From contig NC_068981.1 of assembly GCF_001194135.2 (NCBI RefSeq), positions 25,156,463-25,220,462 of the forward strand: a DNA stretch of 64,000 bases, given 5' to 3'. The notes below the pieces were generated by a model. That model was not told where the DNA came from. It did no database searches and saw only the letters and a list, made by a program, of their open reading frames with translations. Each line of letters begins with the position of its first letter. Position 1 is the first letter of the stretch. Position numbers and translations under genes: made by a program. The DNA comes from Octopus bimaculoides. Its lineage: Eukaryota. This document shows, in pieces, positions 12,035 through 24,880 of the stretch.

Positions 12035-12088
12035 CGACAACAACAACAACAATAATAATGATAATAATAATAATAAATATTATTATTG
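11981..12088. repeat. (TAA)n/(CAA)n microsatellite between R4 copies A and B
   Basis: Directly visible. Confidence 0.95.
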
Positions 12089-13337
12089 TGACAGAAATGA
12101 CAGAAAAATTTAAGGTAGAGTACTTGCGCAGACTGAGACTGATCCATACGTTGAAATTAAACGGACGGAATAAGAGTGAAGCTATCAACACCTGGGTGGT
12201 TTCACTACTTAGATATGGAGTTGGGGTAATTGTATGGACAGTAGACGAACTAAACAGCTTAGACAGAAGTTCAAGGACGCCGCTGACAAGATATGGGATA
12301 CTCCACCCAAAACGCGACACAGACAGATTGTATGTACCAAGAAAAAGAGGGGAAGAGGACTGATTGGATGCGAACACAGCATTAGAGCAGAAAAAATTAC
12401 ATAGCATGGTAAGTAAAAAATTCCACAGAGCTGCTATTATTGGAAGTAAGAAGGTCTGGCTTGTGTAGGATGCAAGATTGCAATGATAAAACACTGTACA
12501 AGCACTTGAGAATGAATGAAATTGAAAATAGGTGGATAATAAAAAGAATGCATGGACAACTTTATAGGGATAGTGAAAATACACTAGATAGAGAAAGAAA
12601 CTGTGCGTGGATAACTAAAAGTGATTTAGTACGGGAAACGGGGACTAATCGATGCTGCTCAAGAGCAAGCATTAAGAATCAATTTCATCAAATACAGAAT
12701 AGACATTAGAAAGTGACGAGTGCAGAATTTGTAGACAAAATGGTGAAACCGTATGGCATATCACCAGTCAATGTACGCCACTAGCCCAGAAAGAATATAA
12801 GAGACGTCATGACAATATAGCAAGGATTGTCCATTGGACACTATGCAACAAGTAAAGAATTGAGAGTGCAAAAAAGTGGTACGAACATAAACCCGAAGGC
12901 ATAATCGAAAATGAGAATGCACAGATCCTATGGGATTTTATGATTCAGCGCGACCATGAGATAGAGAATAAGAAACCAGACATAGTGTTAATTGAGAAAG
13001 AAAGTAAACGATGCTGGATCATAGATATTGCATGCCCAACAGACAACAAGGTATGCGATAAGGAAGAAAGAAAAGTCAATATATAGGACAGGTTAGCTTA
13101 GACGGTTAAGCAGTTGTGGTATTAATAGCAATAAAAGCCGGAGCCCTGGGCTCAGTGAGTAAATATCTTGAGAAATACATGGAATAAATAGGGGCTGCAA
13201 TACAGAAAACAGTACTGCTTGGAACCGCTGGAATACTCCGGATGGTGCTCAAAAAATAAGGGGTGTTACTTTAGTTCACTGGTAGTGAACAGCAGACACC
13301 GTAGTACACCTCCAGCGTTAGAAGCTTTGTAAAGACA
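12089..13337 (+). mobile_element. R4/Dong-clade element, copy B (5'-truncated)
   Basis: Motifs LKLNGRNKSEAINTW, LHPKRDTDRLYVPRK, CCHC knuckle CRICRQNGETVWHITSQC (about 12720) and KPDIV. Flanked by (TAA)n on both sides. Confidence 0.85.
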
Positions 13338-13352
13338 ATAATAATAATAATG

Positions 13353-13412
<60 letters not shown>

Positions 13413-13436
13413 GTAATAATAATAATAATAATAACG
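13338..13436. repeat. (TAA)n microsatellite between R4 copies B and C
   Basis: Directly visible. Confidence 0.95.
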
Positions 13437-14945
13437 ATGAATCATTTTAGTAAGAATGAAAAAGAGATAGATTTCTTAATACAGACTGTAAGACTCTTCA
13501 GCATAGATATAGGCATAGAATTTGATATAGATAACTTCGCAGTATTAGTCACAAGAAGGGGACAAGTAGTCAACAGTGAAGACATCCAATTACCAGATGG
13601 CAGGAATTAAAATCATTGAAAATAGGAGAGAGTTACAAGTATACAAGGAGTATTAGAACTTGACAAAGTACTAACTACAGAAATGAAAACGAAAATTAGG
13701 AAGGCGAACATCAAAAGGGTGAGGAAGCTAATGAATTCAAAGCTAAATTGTCCGAATCTGGTGACGGCTGTGAATCTGTGGGCAGTATCATTACTTAGAT
13801 ACTTAGCAATTTTTGTAGATTAAACAAAAACTGAGATACCAAAGCTAGACAGAGCAACTAAGAAGGGATTCAATATGAATTGAGGACTCCACCCAAGGGC
13901 AGGAGAGCAAGATTATATCTACCTAGAAAGGAAGGTAGAGAAGGGCTAATATCAGTAGAAGTCTGTGTGGAGTTAGCTAGAGTAGATATAGACTCCTCTG
14001 TAGGTAATAGTGAAGAAAGTTTATTAAAAGCTGCTAGAGTCACATCAAGACATAGAGAAACCAAAAACACAAGCGAAGATAAAAATCAGAAAAAAGAACA
14101 GAAATTATTTGAGTGCGAGCAGGTGTTTCATGGTAGATTCCTCAAAGATATTTGCAGCAAATAGTAATAGTGAAACATGGTTATAGTTGCAGAAAGGAAC
14201 GCTGAAGAGAAAGACGGTAAGTTTGTTAGCAGCTGCATAAGATCAAGCATTAAGGACTAATTGGATAAAAGCCAAAATAGATTAAAATGGAGTAGATTCC
14301 CAGCGTAGATTATGCAAAGGAAAAGAACAAAGCGTTACTCATAGAGTAAGTGAATGTAACATGCTGGCACAGAAAGAATACAAGAAAAGATATGACAATC
14401 TCGGGAGAGTAATCCCCTTGGAGCTACGTAGAAAGCTAGGATTTGAACATACTGATAAATGGCATGAACATGGACCTAGTAAATTACTAGAAAGTAACAA
14501 ATACAAGATGTTGTGGGATTTTAACTTTCAGACTGACATAGTAATAGAAGCTACAAGGTCTGATTTGGTAGTAGTAGTAGTAGATAAAGAGAATAGAAAG
14601 TGACAGATAATTGACTTTACAGTCCCAAATGATGAAAAAATGAATATGAGAAGTATAGAAAAAATAGCAAAGTACCAGGAGCTAGCTATTAAGGTACAGA
14701 GATATGGAAAGTGCATGTAATTGTATCCCAGTAGTTATAGTTGCATTGGGAACTATCCATAAAGATCTGAACATATGAATAGAATAAATAGGTATAAAAC
14801 CCAGTTTAGTACTGCTCCATGAAATAATGTTATTAGCAACGTGTAGGGTACTTAGGAGGGTTCTTGGCATCTAAGGCCACTTGTAGCCCGATGTTAGGAT
14901 TCTTTTCTTTTCCAACAGTCTAATCTATCGAGTGTATATGAATAA
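13437..14945 (+). mobile_element. R4/Dong-clade element, copy C (5'-truncated just after the RT active site)
   Basis: Motifs SKNEKEIDFLIQTVRLFSIDIGIEF, RLYLPRKEGREGLI, LAQKEYKKRYD and LWDFNFQTD. Preceded and followed by TAA repeats. Confidence 0.85.
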
Positions 14946-15015
14946 GGATAATAACAATAATAATGACAACTAGAAGAAGAAGAAGAAGAAGAAGAAGAAA
15001 GAAAGAAAGAAAGAA

Positions 15016-17294
15016 AAGCTCGGCGCTAAATAACAACATGGATGTGCTACACAAGGCTCTCCATTCAAAAACAAATCTAATCTAAAAACACCAGCGGAAT
15101 GGGATAAAAGAACTTGTGGAAGACTTGAAGGAAGAGACCCTTTAACGAAAATAATCCCCAAAACGAAATTTTACTGCCATACAAAGCACAGTTTCTCCTA
15201 TCCACAATGTATAAGTGAAACATGTGCGAAACACACTCGTGAAATCAGCATCGGAAAGTTTACAAATTATAAAATATAAATAGAAGAAAACAGTAAGTAC
15301 ATAAATTGAATAATTACGCATACACTCGAATGTCTGCACAATCATATATACATTTTAATGCCCATAGGACTACACATACATCTCAATATTTACACAACTA
15401 CGTGAAATTTACAGGACATATACATGCATATGAAAACACGTGTCAAAAACGAAGCAAAAACAAAAACAAAACAAAACAATCATTTATTTTTCGAACTAAC
15501 ACAGAGTTTAAAACACCCCCCAAAAACTATGCCAGGAGATAATTCTATCAACAAAATAATATAGACGAATACAGATTTGTTAGCCTTAAGAAGGTACGTT
15601 ACGAGCAATGTTTACATGCAGAGAGCTCGGAGGCGGTGTTGTCTCAAAAATTAACCCTAAACAGACAGATCCGTCCGTCCGTCCCCTATTGTCAACATCC
15701 AAGCTCGTCATGCCTCGATAACAAACCAAAATACAAACCGAATCGGTCGTCACCCAGGCCACCAAGGACCACTTAATCGAATGATGAAACAGATTCTATT
15801 CGAAAATTCAGCATCTGGTTCAAATCTTCCCGAAATACAGGGGATGGAAGTACCCCACTACCGGTATATTCCAACTGATCGACATCCATGCTCGTCATCA
15901 AATAACCAAAGGAAAAAGAATGAAAAATGGTCTAGGAGAGATAATAAAGTAGTTCTTACGGCCTTCTATCATGCCATATATTTCGCCACAAATAGATCTA
16001 ATAATGTACAAACTTACTTAAACTGGAGCCAAAAACACCTTGAAGTGAGAACTTACATAGATAATAACAAACCTGCCAATGTCAGAAGAAACATTATGAA
16101 AGCGAAATTACTAACTGAAGTAGAGATTGACCAAATTAAACAAGCAATAAGGGATAAAAGGAACGAAGTTGCAGCTAAAGAAGATATTATAGAGGAAATA
16201 ATTATAGACCAGGCCAGGGCTGATGAAAATGTAATAACGATTGAAAGAGTTAATGTAACTGATAAGCAAAGAGAAATAGTCTCTGAACCAACCATAAACA
16301 CTAATGCAGATGAAAATCAAATAGATGAAGAAATTCCCATAGAAATTGAACCAAAAGAACTACATGATCTAAAAGTCAAATCATGATTGAATGGCTGAAA
16401 ATTAAAGAAACCAGTATGAATGAACGCGACACTCTCCCAAAAACTCGCAATTTTAACCTAAACCTGAAATAATAAGTAAAATCCGCCTTGCATTTAAGGA
16501 TATAATCTCAGCTAATGAATGTTGACATTACAGATCTCAACCACTATACATTCGCGAAAATCTCAACGATTCTTTTTAGTGGAAAGATTAGAAAACGACA
16601 ACATTCCTACAAAAAGCCTACTTGGCAAGAGCGTATTCAACACCAAATTAAGCTACTTATGTCAAACATAGAATGCTTAAAAAACCTTAAGTTTGACAAG
16701 ACTATCAAACCAACAAAAATCCGAAAATTAAAGAAAATATATATGAAAACCATATTTAACATCGATACCACCATAGAAACCATCAAGCAAAAGGTATGTG
16801 CTAAAGCTGCCCGCATATCAAGGTATGACAAATGCGTTAGATTCTTCAAGGACAACATCATGTTCAAAATCAAGTCCAAAAATGTTTACAGGAAGATAGG
16901 AAAAATACCAGTTACAGTAAAGTCTGTCCCATCAAAAAAAAAAAAGAAGTGCAAGTATTTTGGAATAAAATTTGGGCAGAAGAAAAAACACACAATGAAA
17001 AGGCTCCTCGGAGTGATAGAATATCCACAGACTTACACTCCTTAGAAGAAAAAAAGTGGGAGGATATAAAGGTAAAGGATATAAGATCTGCTCTCAGGAA
17101 ATCAAGCAAATGGAAGTCTCCAGGAAAGGATAACATTTCTAACTTCTGGTTGAATGCCTTCCCAGAGAGTCATGAACTGCTAACAAAACTTTACAACAAT
17201 GTTTTGCAACAACATAGTATGATTCTCTCTTGGCTGGTAAATGGTGTAACATTCCCACTTCCAAAAAATGACGAAACAAATGAACCAAAAAATT
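15016..17294 (+). mobile_element. R4/Dong-clade element, copy D (5' half: probable UTR, N-terminal domain and start of RT)
   Basis: ORFs 15781..16386 (KWSRRDNKVVLTAFY), 16515..17045 (PTWQERIQ) and 16949..17296 (FWNKIW, KWKSPGKDNISNFWL, PLPKNDETNEPKN). The 5' boundary is uncertain. Confidence 0.8.
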
Positions 17295-18984
17295 AGTTGT
17301 CTGGCTTATTCGCTAAAAAGTCGTTACAAGCTGGAAATGGAAAGTTTGTTTCCAACACTAGTGGTGCTATGAACTGAGTCCATATAGCTACAATATCATA
17401 TAAACTGAAACAAGTCTCAACTCTCGTTATCATTTCCTTATTGCTGCAAGTAATGCTCCTGGCCAGCTACAATATTTGGTAGCGTGCTATCTAAGCCCTG
17501 TGGTTTACATAGATTATAGAAATGATTTTCTTAAAATAGGTGAATTACCTTCGAAGCTTCTAGTCAGTAGTCATTTTAGAAAGTATCTTAAGAATTAAAA
17601 ATTTCTATAATAGTTACGTACTTAATCCCGTCTTCGATTTAATATACTCGAGCGATCGATATATCGCTAATATACATTATGAAATATACTATTCATGCTG
17701 GAAACGCTTCCATAGGACAGTGCATGAGAAACTTAAAAGCTTTAAACATGGTAAGACCAATTCCGTTTCTCACATGGCAATTAATTTTTTAAGACAGATC
17801 CAATATTTAACTGAATATGCCTTCAGTCCAGACAATTCAGGGATATACAAGGCAACATACAGGTTGAGCAATGCCAGATATTCTGCTAATGTAGAAAAAA
17901 ACAAAACAAAAAAAAAAACATTATTGCGTACATCAAAATAACTTTGGAGTAGTTCTTAAACATTCGACTTTTATCTGACTGAATTTTCTCTTCAACGACA
18001 TGAAACTATGTAAATATACTTAGACTCTGCCCATGAGGCCGGCATTTAACGGTGTAGTTTAATGTTTTTCCCCCAGTTGTTTATGGCATTGCACGCAGTA
18101 ATGAATAGGTATTAAGAATCTGTATGATTTAGTACAAGGAAAAGCTTCATGGGAAGCATAATACTTACCGCAGTTGGAGACATTATCTCTGTCCCGCCAC
18201 AGGTTATCCGTTTACACTTACTCCCGGTCTCTTTATTATACCTTTAACTCATTCCGCTCATTTGTCTAAAACCATTTTGTATGCCACGTTGCTTACAACA
18301 GTGAAAAATGTGTTAAACTGAAATTATTGCACATTTGGCGTTATATAATTATTTATCACTTATTGATCAGTGTGGAGTACAGGTATCACACACACACACA
18401 CACACACACATACGTAGTGTTGTGCATACATTTCCATAAATTGCTATATAGAGAGATTCTCATAAATTCAAATACATGTACATACCATAAATTGATAATT
18501 TTGATATTCACATTGACACACTTGCATGATTTTTCATGAACTAAAATATTTTGATAAATTGGTGTGTATACATGCATATATATAAATATATACATGCACA
18601 TTTTTATATACGCATGCATACATTATTTCATTATATTGGCTATAAAAGCCGTATGCAGATTAGGTAGCTGCGGGCTGGACAAATACATTAATGTGATGAG
18701 GATGATAACGACAAAAATGAACAAAATGGGAGGGGCACCGGCGCCCGCCGACTGATAACATACATACTTACACGCACACACAAATTCACTCACTCACACA
18801 CACATTTATAAAGCATTATTTCATTTTACAAAATCCCCGTTCACACACCTGTAAATGAATAAACTTGCGACGGTCAAGCATCTCGTTCCGGGGAAATGTG
18901 ATTTCAGTCACATTCCATGAGAACCGAGTAACTGTCTCTATGTTTCTTAGGACTCGAGATAATAATGTTTAGTGGTTGATGATG

Positions 18985-19098
18985 ACTATGATAAATAAAG
19001 TTGACCTCGGTCGTATTTGAATTTAACACTTAAAGAGCCAAACGAAATGCTGCTAAGCGTTTAATCAGTCACGCAAATGATTCCGCCAAATCGTCACC
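18985..19098 (-). mobile_element. SINE family 3, partial
   Basis: AAAGTTGACCTCGGTCGTATTTGAA...GCTAAGC...TTCCGCCAAATCG. Confidence 0.55.
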
Positions 19099-19111
19099 TT
19101 AAATTATAATG

Positions 19112-19475
19112 TAACAAGAACACTCAGAGAGCGCAAACCTCCGCCAAGGCAACACCAACATCATCTCAATGATTAGCCAGAAATGGTCTTTAAAAGGAGA
19201 ATATCTGAAATAAACTCAACTGTTTTCACAAACGAGAATGTTGAAAATGAACCCGACCGCTCTCAAAAATTAAGTTTAAAAAACCGGAAAAATAATCTAG
19301 AATCCTTGTCTGGTCCTGGATCAATCCCAAAATCTAATCAGTTCGTGCCAGTCACGAAGCCAAACATCCCGAAGGTTTCATCCGAATCTATTTAGCGGTT
19401 CTTGAGATATCTTGTCCACGGACAAACAAACACGACTGAAAACAATACCACCACCTTCACTAAGGCGGATGTAAT
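19112..19475 (-). mobile_element. Helentron-type non-autonomous element (HINE/DINE-1-like)
   Basis: Minus strand has 5' ATTACATCCGCCTTAG..., a GTTT/GTCC core, a 3' subterminal inverted repeat CCTTGGCGGAGGT and a terminal hairpin GCGCTC-TCT-GAGTGT. Confidence 0.7.
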
Positions 19476-19490
19476 ATTAATCCTTTCTAT

Positions 19491-19687
19491 TATAGGTACA
19501 AGACCTGAAAATTTCGGGGGAAGCGGCTTGTCGATTACAACGACCCCGGTGCTCTGCTGGTTCTTTATTCATCGGCTCAGAAACGATGAAAGGATGAGTT
19601 CAAAGCGAACTCAGAAGGTAAAGCCGGATGAATTGTTTCTAAGCATTTTCGTTTCAACGTGCTAATAATTCTAGCAGCTCGCCGCCT
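19491..19687 (-). mobile_element. SINE family 3 (diverged)
   Basis: Collinear with 19773 and 20003; ends CAGCTCGCCGCC (the tRNA-like head on the minus strand). Confidence 0.65.
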
Positions 19688-19772
19688 CATTATAATATAA
19701 TAATACAGCTAGTACTAGGCAGCAGTGAATTATACACACGCCTTATTATAATTTAACAATAGTGCCTTTTGC

Positions 19773-19972
19773 TATAGGCACAAGGCCCGAAATTTGGCGG
19801 GAGGGGTAAGTCAATTACATCAACTCTATTGATCAACTAGTACTTCTTTTATCGACTCCGAAAGGATGAAATGTAAAGTCGACCTCGGCGGAATTTGAAC
19901 TTAGAACATAAAGACAGACGAAATACCGCTAAGCATTTTGACCGGTGTGCTAATTCTGCCAAATCGCCGCCT
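19773..19972 (-). mobile_element. SINE family 3
   Basis: GGCACAAGGCCCGAAATTT...GTCGACCTCGGCGGAATTTGAAC...ATCGCCGCC. Confidence 0.8.
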
Positions 19973-20002
19973 TATTATCTATACCTATATATTCCTTTCT
20001 AT

Positions 20003-20180
20003 TCTAGGCACAAAGTTCGAAATTTTGGGGGAGGGAGCCAGTCGATTAGATCGACCCCAGTACACAACTGGTACTTAATTTATCGACTCCCAAAGGATGA
20101 AAGGCAAAGTCGACCTCGGCGGAATTTGAACTCAGAACGTAAACACGTACAAAATGACGCTAAGCATTCTGCTTAGCAGA
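20003..20180 (-). mobile_element. SINE family 3
   Basis: Third tandem copy, with GCAAAGTCGACCTCGGCGGAATTTGAACTCAGAACG. Confidence 0.8.
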
Positions 20181-20289
20181 TGTCTGTGTATTTGTATAAC
20201 TGTGCATAATGCCAATGAAGGAGTGAGAGGGGAGAGAAATAAACAGAGAAGCAAAATGAGGAAGAGGCTCTTTACTTCCCCTCCTCCAT

Positions 20290-21165
20290 TTCCTTATTCG
20301 TCACACTTTCTTTCAATATTATACTTCCTTTTCAGCGCCCTGTATTTTTGTTCGCTTTTAAGCTTCCCTTTCTCTTTTCGGTCTAGCGCAGAGATTTCCT
20401 TTTGAGAGCATGTCTAACCTTGCCTGGATTCTTCTTTTCCACCTTGGATCTTTTCCTATGTCATTCCCGTTATATTTATTTTTCTTGACATCATCATCCA
20501 CATTTTCTGCTACAATAATACTTGCTGCTTTGATCAAATGAATTGTTTGTTTCTGTGGTGGTTTTTGTTCTGATGTATTTCAGAATTTCATTCACATTTT
20601 TGGTTTCTTGGTTCAATTTTCACCGATCAACCATTTTAAGGTTGCAAATAATGTCGCTATCGTTCTCTTGTGGCTTTGCCTTTATTTTGTCATGTCGTAG
20701 ATTGCCTTTTGCCCACCTGTCATGTCACCATTAGTTTTATTGTCTTCTTCCAAATCATCTTGAAGCAATCCTCTTTCTCTCCATTGATCATACATACGTT
20801 GGTGGTATTCCGTAAGATAAACACCATTTTCGGCTTGCGAAGTTGCTCAGGTAGTAACACTCTATGACCACAGCATTGGCGTTTTTGTTCCATCTACGCC
20901 GTGTGTGCTGGTCCCCTGCTGGATAACGACACTTTGGAGTCGGCCCAGTATCTCTGAGCCTGCCGGGTACAACACTGTCAACATCAAGGGCTTCAATTTC
21001 ATTGCCACCATTATTCGCAATATTTTATTTTTTCATTGTCACTCATATGAGGTAGCGATTATCAGGTTGTGCAATTACCAGTGTTTTTAGTGTGACAACA
21101 TCAGCAGATGTATCATCAGTCAGAGAATAGGGAAATTCTAAACGCTTACTTTCATTGTTATTATT
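20290..21165 (-). mobile_element. R4/Dong-clade N-terminal fragment on the minus strand
   Basis: Hand translation across frameshifts gives RRRWNKNANAVVIECYYLSN, EYHQRMYDQWRERG, VNEILKYIRTKTTTETN and DPRWKRRIQARL. Not present in the ORF track. Confidence 0.7.
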
Positions 21166-21201
21166 ATAATCATTATTATTATTGCCACTATTATTACCAA
21201 C

Positions 21202-21233
<32 letters not shown>

Positions 21234-21237
<4 letters not shown>

Positions 21238-22968
21238 TCTTATAAGATTTTGACATCTATTCTAGTGGAGAAGACATATATCTTTATGGAAGAGAATAAC
21301 CTCTTTCCCACTGAACAAAAAGGATGCAGACGAGGCTCATACGGATGCAAAGATCAGCGCTTAATTAATCGCATGATACTTGAGAACTGCCATAACAAGC
21401 GCAGAAATCTCAGCTCTTCATGGATTGATTATAAAAAAAGCCTTTGACAGCATACCACATTCGTGGATTCTGAAATCGTTGGGCATTTTCAAAATTTCTC
21501 CTGTGATTTCAGATTTTTTAAAGTATAATATGTCACTATGGAACACGAAGCTGCAATTAAATCATTCTAATGGAGTATTGCACTCAAACAATATTAGCAT
21601 AAACTGTGGCATTTTCCAAGGTGACTCACTTTCACCACTAATTTGCTGCATAGTACTAATACCACTCCTAAGTGATCTGAATAGAACAGGGTAATCCGCA
21701 AGTTACTGATAGGTAATAAGATGCACCATCCAAAGGCAGACGTGGATCGTCTTTACCTTCCCAGAGCTCAGGGAAGTCGAGGCTTGATCCAGCTTGAACT
21801 TACGTACAAAACCACCACAATCCGACTGGCCAAATACCTTGAAACAACCAACGATTGGATGCTGAAACTTTTTGAAAAACATGAAAGACCGAAAAAACTT
21901 CACTCTATTCTGAAAGAGAGCAAAAAATTCGATACTGATCTCTTAGATACCCACCAGCTTGATCAGGTTGAAGGAAATGCGCCAAATGCTGCTGCAAAGA
22001 AAATAAAATTAATTGCAAAGACAAAAGCACATTAAAAATTAGCTAGCTGATGGGAACAGAAACCTCTGCATGGCAAGCAGCAAACAAGCTGATGCCGACC
22101 AGAAACACACGCATCAATGGTTACGAAGCTCAGGGCTAAAAGCAGAGAGTGAAGGTTACATATTAGCTGCTCAAGACCAAAGCTTATTAACCCGGAACTA
22201 CCAAGCCAATGTGTTAAAAAATGCCGATTCTGTAACGATGAGATTGAAACTACAGACCACCTAATCTCAGGGTGTAGAGTCTTAGCTGTAGAATATAAAG
22301 ACCTGTAGAATATAAAGCAGGACATGACAGAGTCGGCCAGTATTTACACTGGACAATATGTCGGCATTATAAAATCAAAACCACTGACAAATGGTATAAA
22401 CACCATCCTGAGGCTGTAACTGAGGGGAAAAAACGTATCGATTCACTGGGACTTCCCTGTACATACCGACAAAACTATAAAAGCTAATAAACCGGATATT
22501 ATTATGAAAGATCAGACAAAGAAGATGTGTTAATTAAATGACATGAGTATTCCTTGCGATCATAATATAGCGGCGAAAGAATTTGACAAGATCAGCAAAT
22601 ATAAAGACTTGCTAATAGAAATTGAAAAAATGTGACACCACAAGGCGACTTACCGTACCAGTGATTGTAGGATTTCTAGGAATGATAAAAAGGTATTGAA
22701 TCCTATTTGAAAATGATACCAGGCTTACCATCCCTACAGGAAGTGCAAAAAATCGTGCTAACTGGAACGACTCATGTATTGAGAAGAGCATTATCGCTGT
22801 GAAAACAACATCCATTCATGAATTTATTTATTTATTATTTTTTTTTAAATGTTTTACCTGTGAATTTGCGTGTGTAAACTGGGAATGCGTATAATGAGCT
22901 TCTCTGCTCTAGATGTACGGAAAACTCTCGGCGAGAAATGGAAGAAAATTTGAAGAAAGGAAAAAACA
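21234..22968 (+). mobile_element. R4/Dong-clade element, copy E (RT to 3' end, internal deletion of the YxDD region)
   Basis: Motifs EQKGCRRGSYGCKDQ, AFDSIPHSW, GIFQGDSLSPL, HHPKADVDRLYLPR and LKAESEGYILAAQDQ, plus an RLE region. (TAA)n upstream and (CAA)n(TAA)n downstream. Confidence 0.88.
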
Positions 22969-22982
22969 ACAACAACAACAAC

Positions 22983-23032
<50 letters not shown>

Positions 23033-23054
23033 TATTATTATTATTATTATTATT
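22969..23054. repeat. (CAA)n(TAA)n(TTA)n palindromic microsatellite junction
   Basis: Directly visible; strand polarity switches at about 23030. Confidence 0.95.
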
Positions 23055-23842
23055 CNNNNNNNNNNNNNNNNNNNNNNNNNNNNNNNNNNNNNNNNNNNNN
23101 NNNNNNNNNNNNNNNNNNNNNNNNNNNNNNNNNNNNNNNNNNNNNNNNNNNNNNNNNNNNNNNNNNNNNNNNNNNNNNNNNNNNNNNNNNNNNNNNNNNN
23201 NNNNNNNNNNNNNNNNNNNNNNNNNNNNNNNNNNNNNNNNNNNNNNNNNNNNNNNNNNNNNNNNNNNNNNNNNNNNNNNNNNNNNNNNNNNNNNNNNNNN
23301 NNNNNNNNNNNNNNNNNNNNNNNNNNNNNNNNNNNNNNNNNNNNNNNNNNNNNNNNNNNNNNNNNNNNNNNNNNNNNNNNNNNNNNNNNNNNNNNNNNNN
23401 NNNNNNNNNNNNNNNNNNNNNNNNNNNNNNNNNNNNNNNNNNNNNNNNNNNNNNNNNNNNNNNNNNNNNNNNNNNNNNNNNNNNNNNNNNNNNNNNNNNN
23501 NNNNNNNNNNNNNNNNNNNNNNNNNNNNNNNNNNNNNNNNNNNNNNNNNNNNNNNNNNNNNNNNNNNNNNNNNNNNNNNNNNNNNNNNNNNNNNNNNNNN
23601 NNNNNNNNNNNNNNNNNNNNNNNNNNNNNNNNNNNNNNNNNNNNNNNNNNNNNNNNNNNNNNNNNNNNNNNNNNNNNNNNNNNNNNNNNNNNNNNNNNNN
23701 NNNNNNNNNNNNNNNNNNNNNNNNNNNNNNNNNNNNNNNNNNNNNNNNNNNNNNNNNNNNNNNNNNNNNNNNNNNNNNNNNNNNNNNNNNNNNNNNNNNN
23801 NNNNNNNNNNNNNNNNNNNNNNNNNNNNNNNNNNNNNNNNNN

Positions 23843-23972
23843 ATTTCTTTCGCATTTAGTTTAGCCCAGTATTTACCATGTAGGGGCTTTTCTTGCCATC
23901 GTTTTATCATGGTCCGTTGCTGTTCTAGTTTTAGTTTGGATTTCTGCTGTTCTAGTTTTAGTTTGGATTTCT
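23843..23972 (-). mobile_element. R4/Dong-clade element, copy F (visible 5'-truncated end; the rest runs into the gap 23056-23842)
   Basis: Minus-strand peptide KRWQEKPLHGKYWAKL, with a 27-bp tandem duplication at the 5' junction (23919-23972). Confidence 0.7.
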
Positions 23973-23991
23973 TCTTCTTCTTCTTCTTCTT

Positions 23992-24075
<84 letters not shown>

Positions 24076-24734
24076 AATTGATTTCCTAATTGAAAAATAA
24101 ATTGAATTTAGAATAACAAATTTGTATACAACATTTTGTTTTTTTACTTCCAATATATAAGGAATAATTTCACTCCCGGGCAACGCCGAGTGCCTCTTCT
24201 AGTAATATAATAATCAGACAATTAGTACTGTGTAGCAGTAAGTTATACACACTGTAGTCTCACCATACAGTGTTATTTAATCAATGTTTTGCATGTTCAC
24301 ATCCTTTATTTTTTAAATCCATTTTTAGATATTTACCTCTTCTATATATTGAATTAACTATCACTATCCTCATAAAGATCTTTTCCTGTGTGACTGAATA
24401 TTAAACATTAATTCATATTATGAGAATTTAGATTCGCCAGTATTCAAATAAATTAGAAAATTTTCCGCATGAATACTGGGAACTCCTAAAGAAGAAGTTG
24501 ATCAAAGCAACGACATGGAAAAGGCAATACAAAGTGGAAATATGATGCAGTTAAAGTGTTATTGACTTTAGGATTAAAATGGTGATGGTATATAAATGTT
24601 GAGAAATAAGAAGTACATGACACCTAACTAAATTAATTGAACGTTGATTGTGATGTAAATTTTTTGTAACTAAATCACCCTGGTATTTCTTAATTAAATC
24701 TGAGAAAAAGAAATACTGGCAAAAGTATACAAAC

Positions 24735-24779
<45 letters not shown>

Positions 24780-24822
24780 TACACACGCACATACACACAC
24801 ACACACGCACATNNNNNNNNNN

Positions 24823-24880
<58 letters not shown>

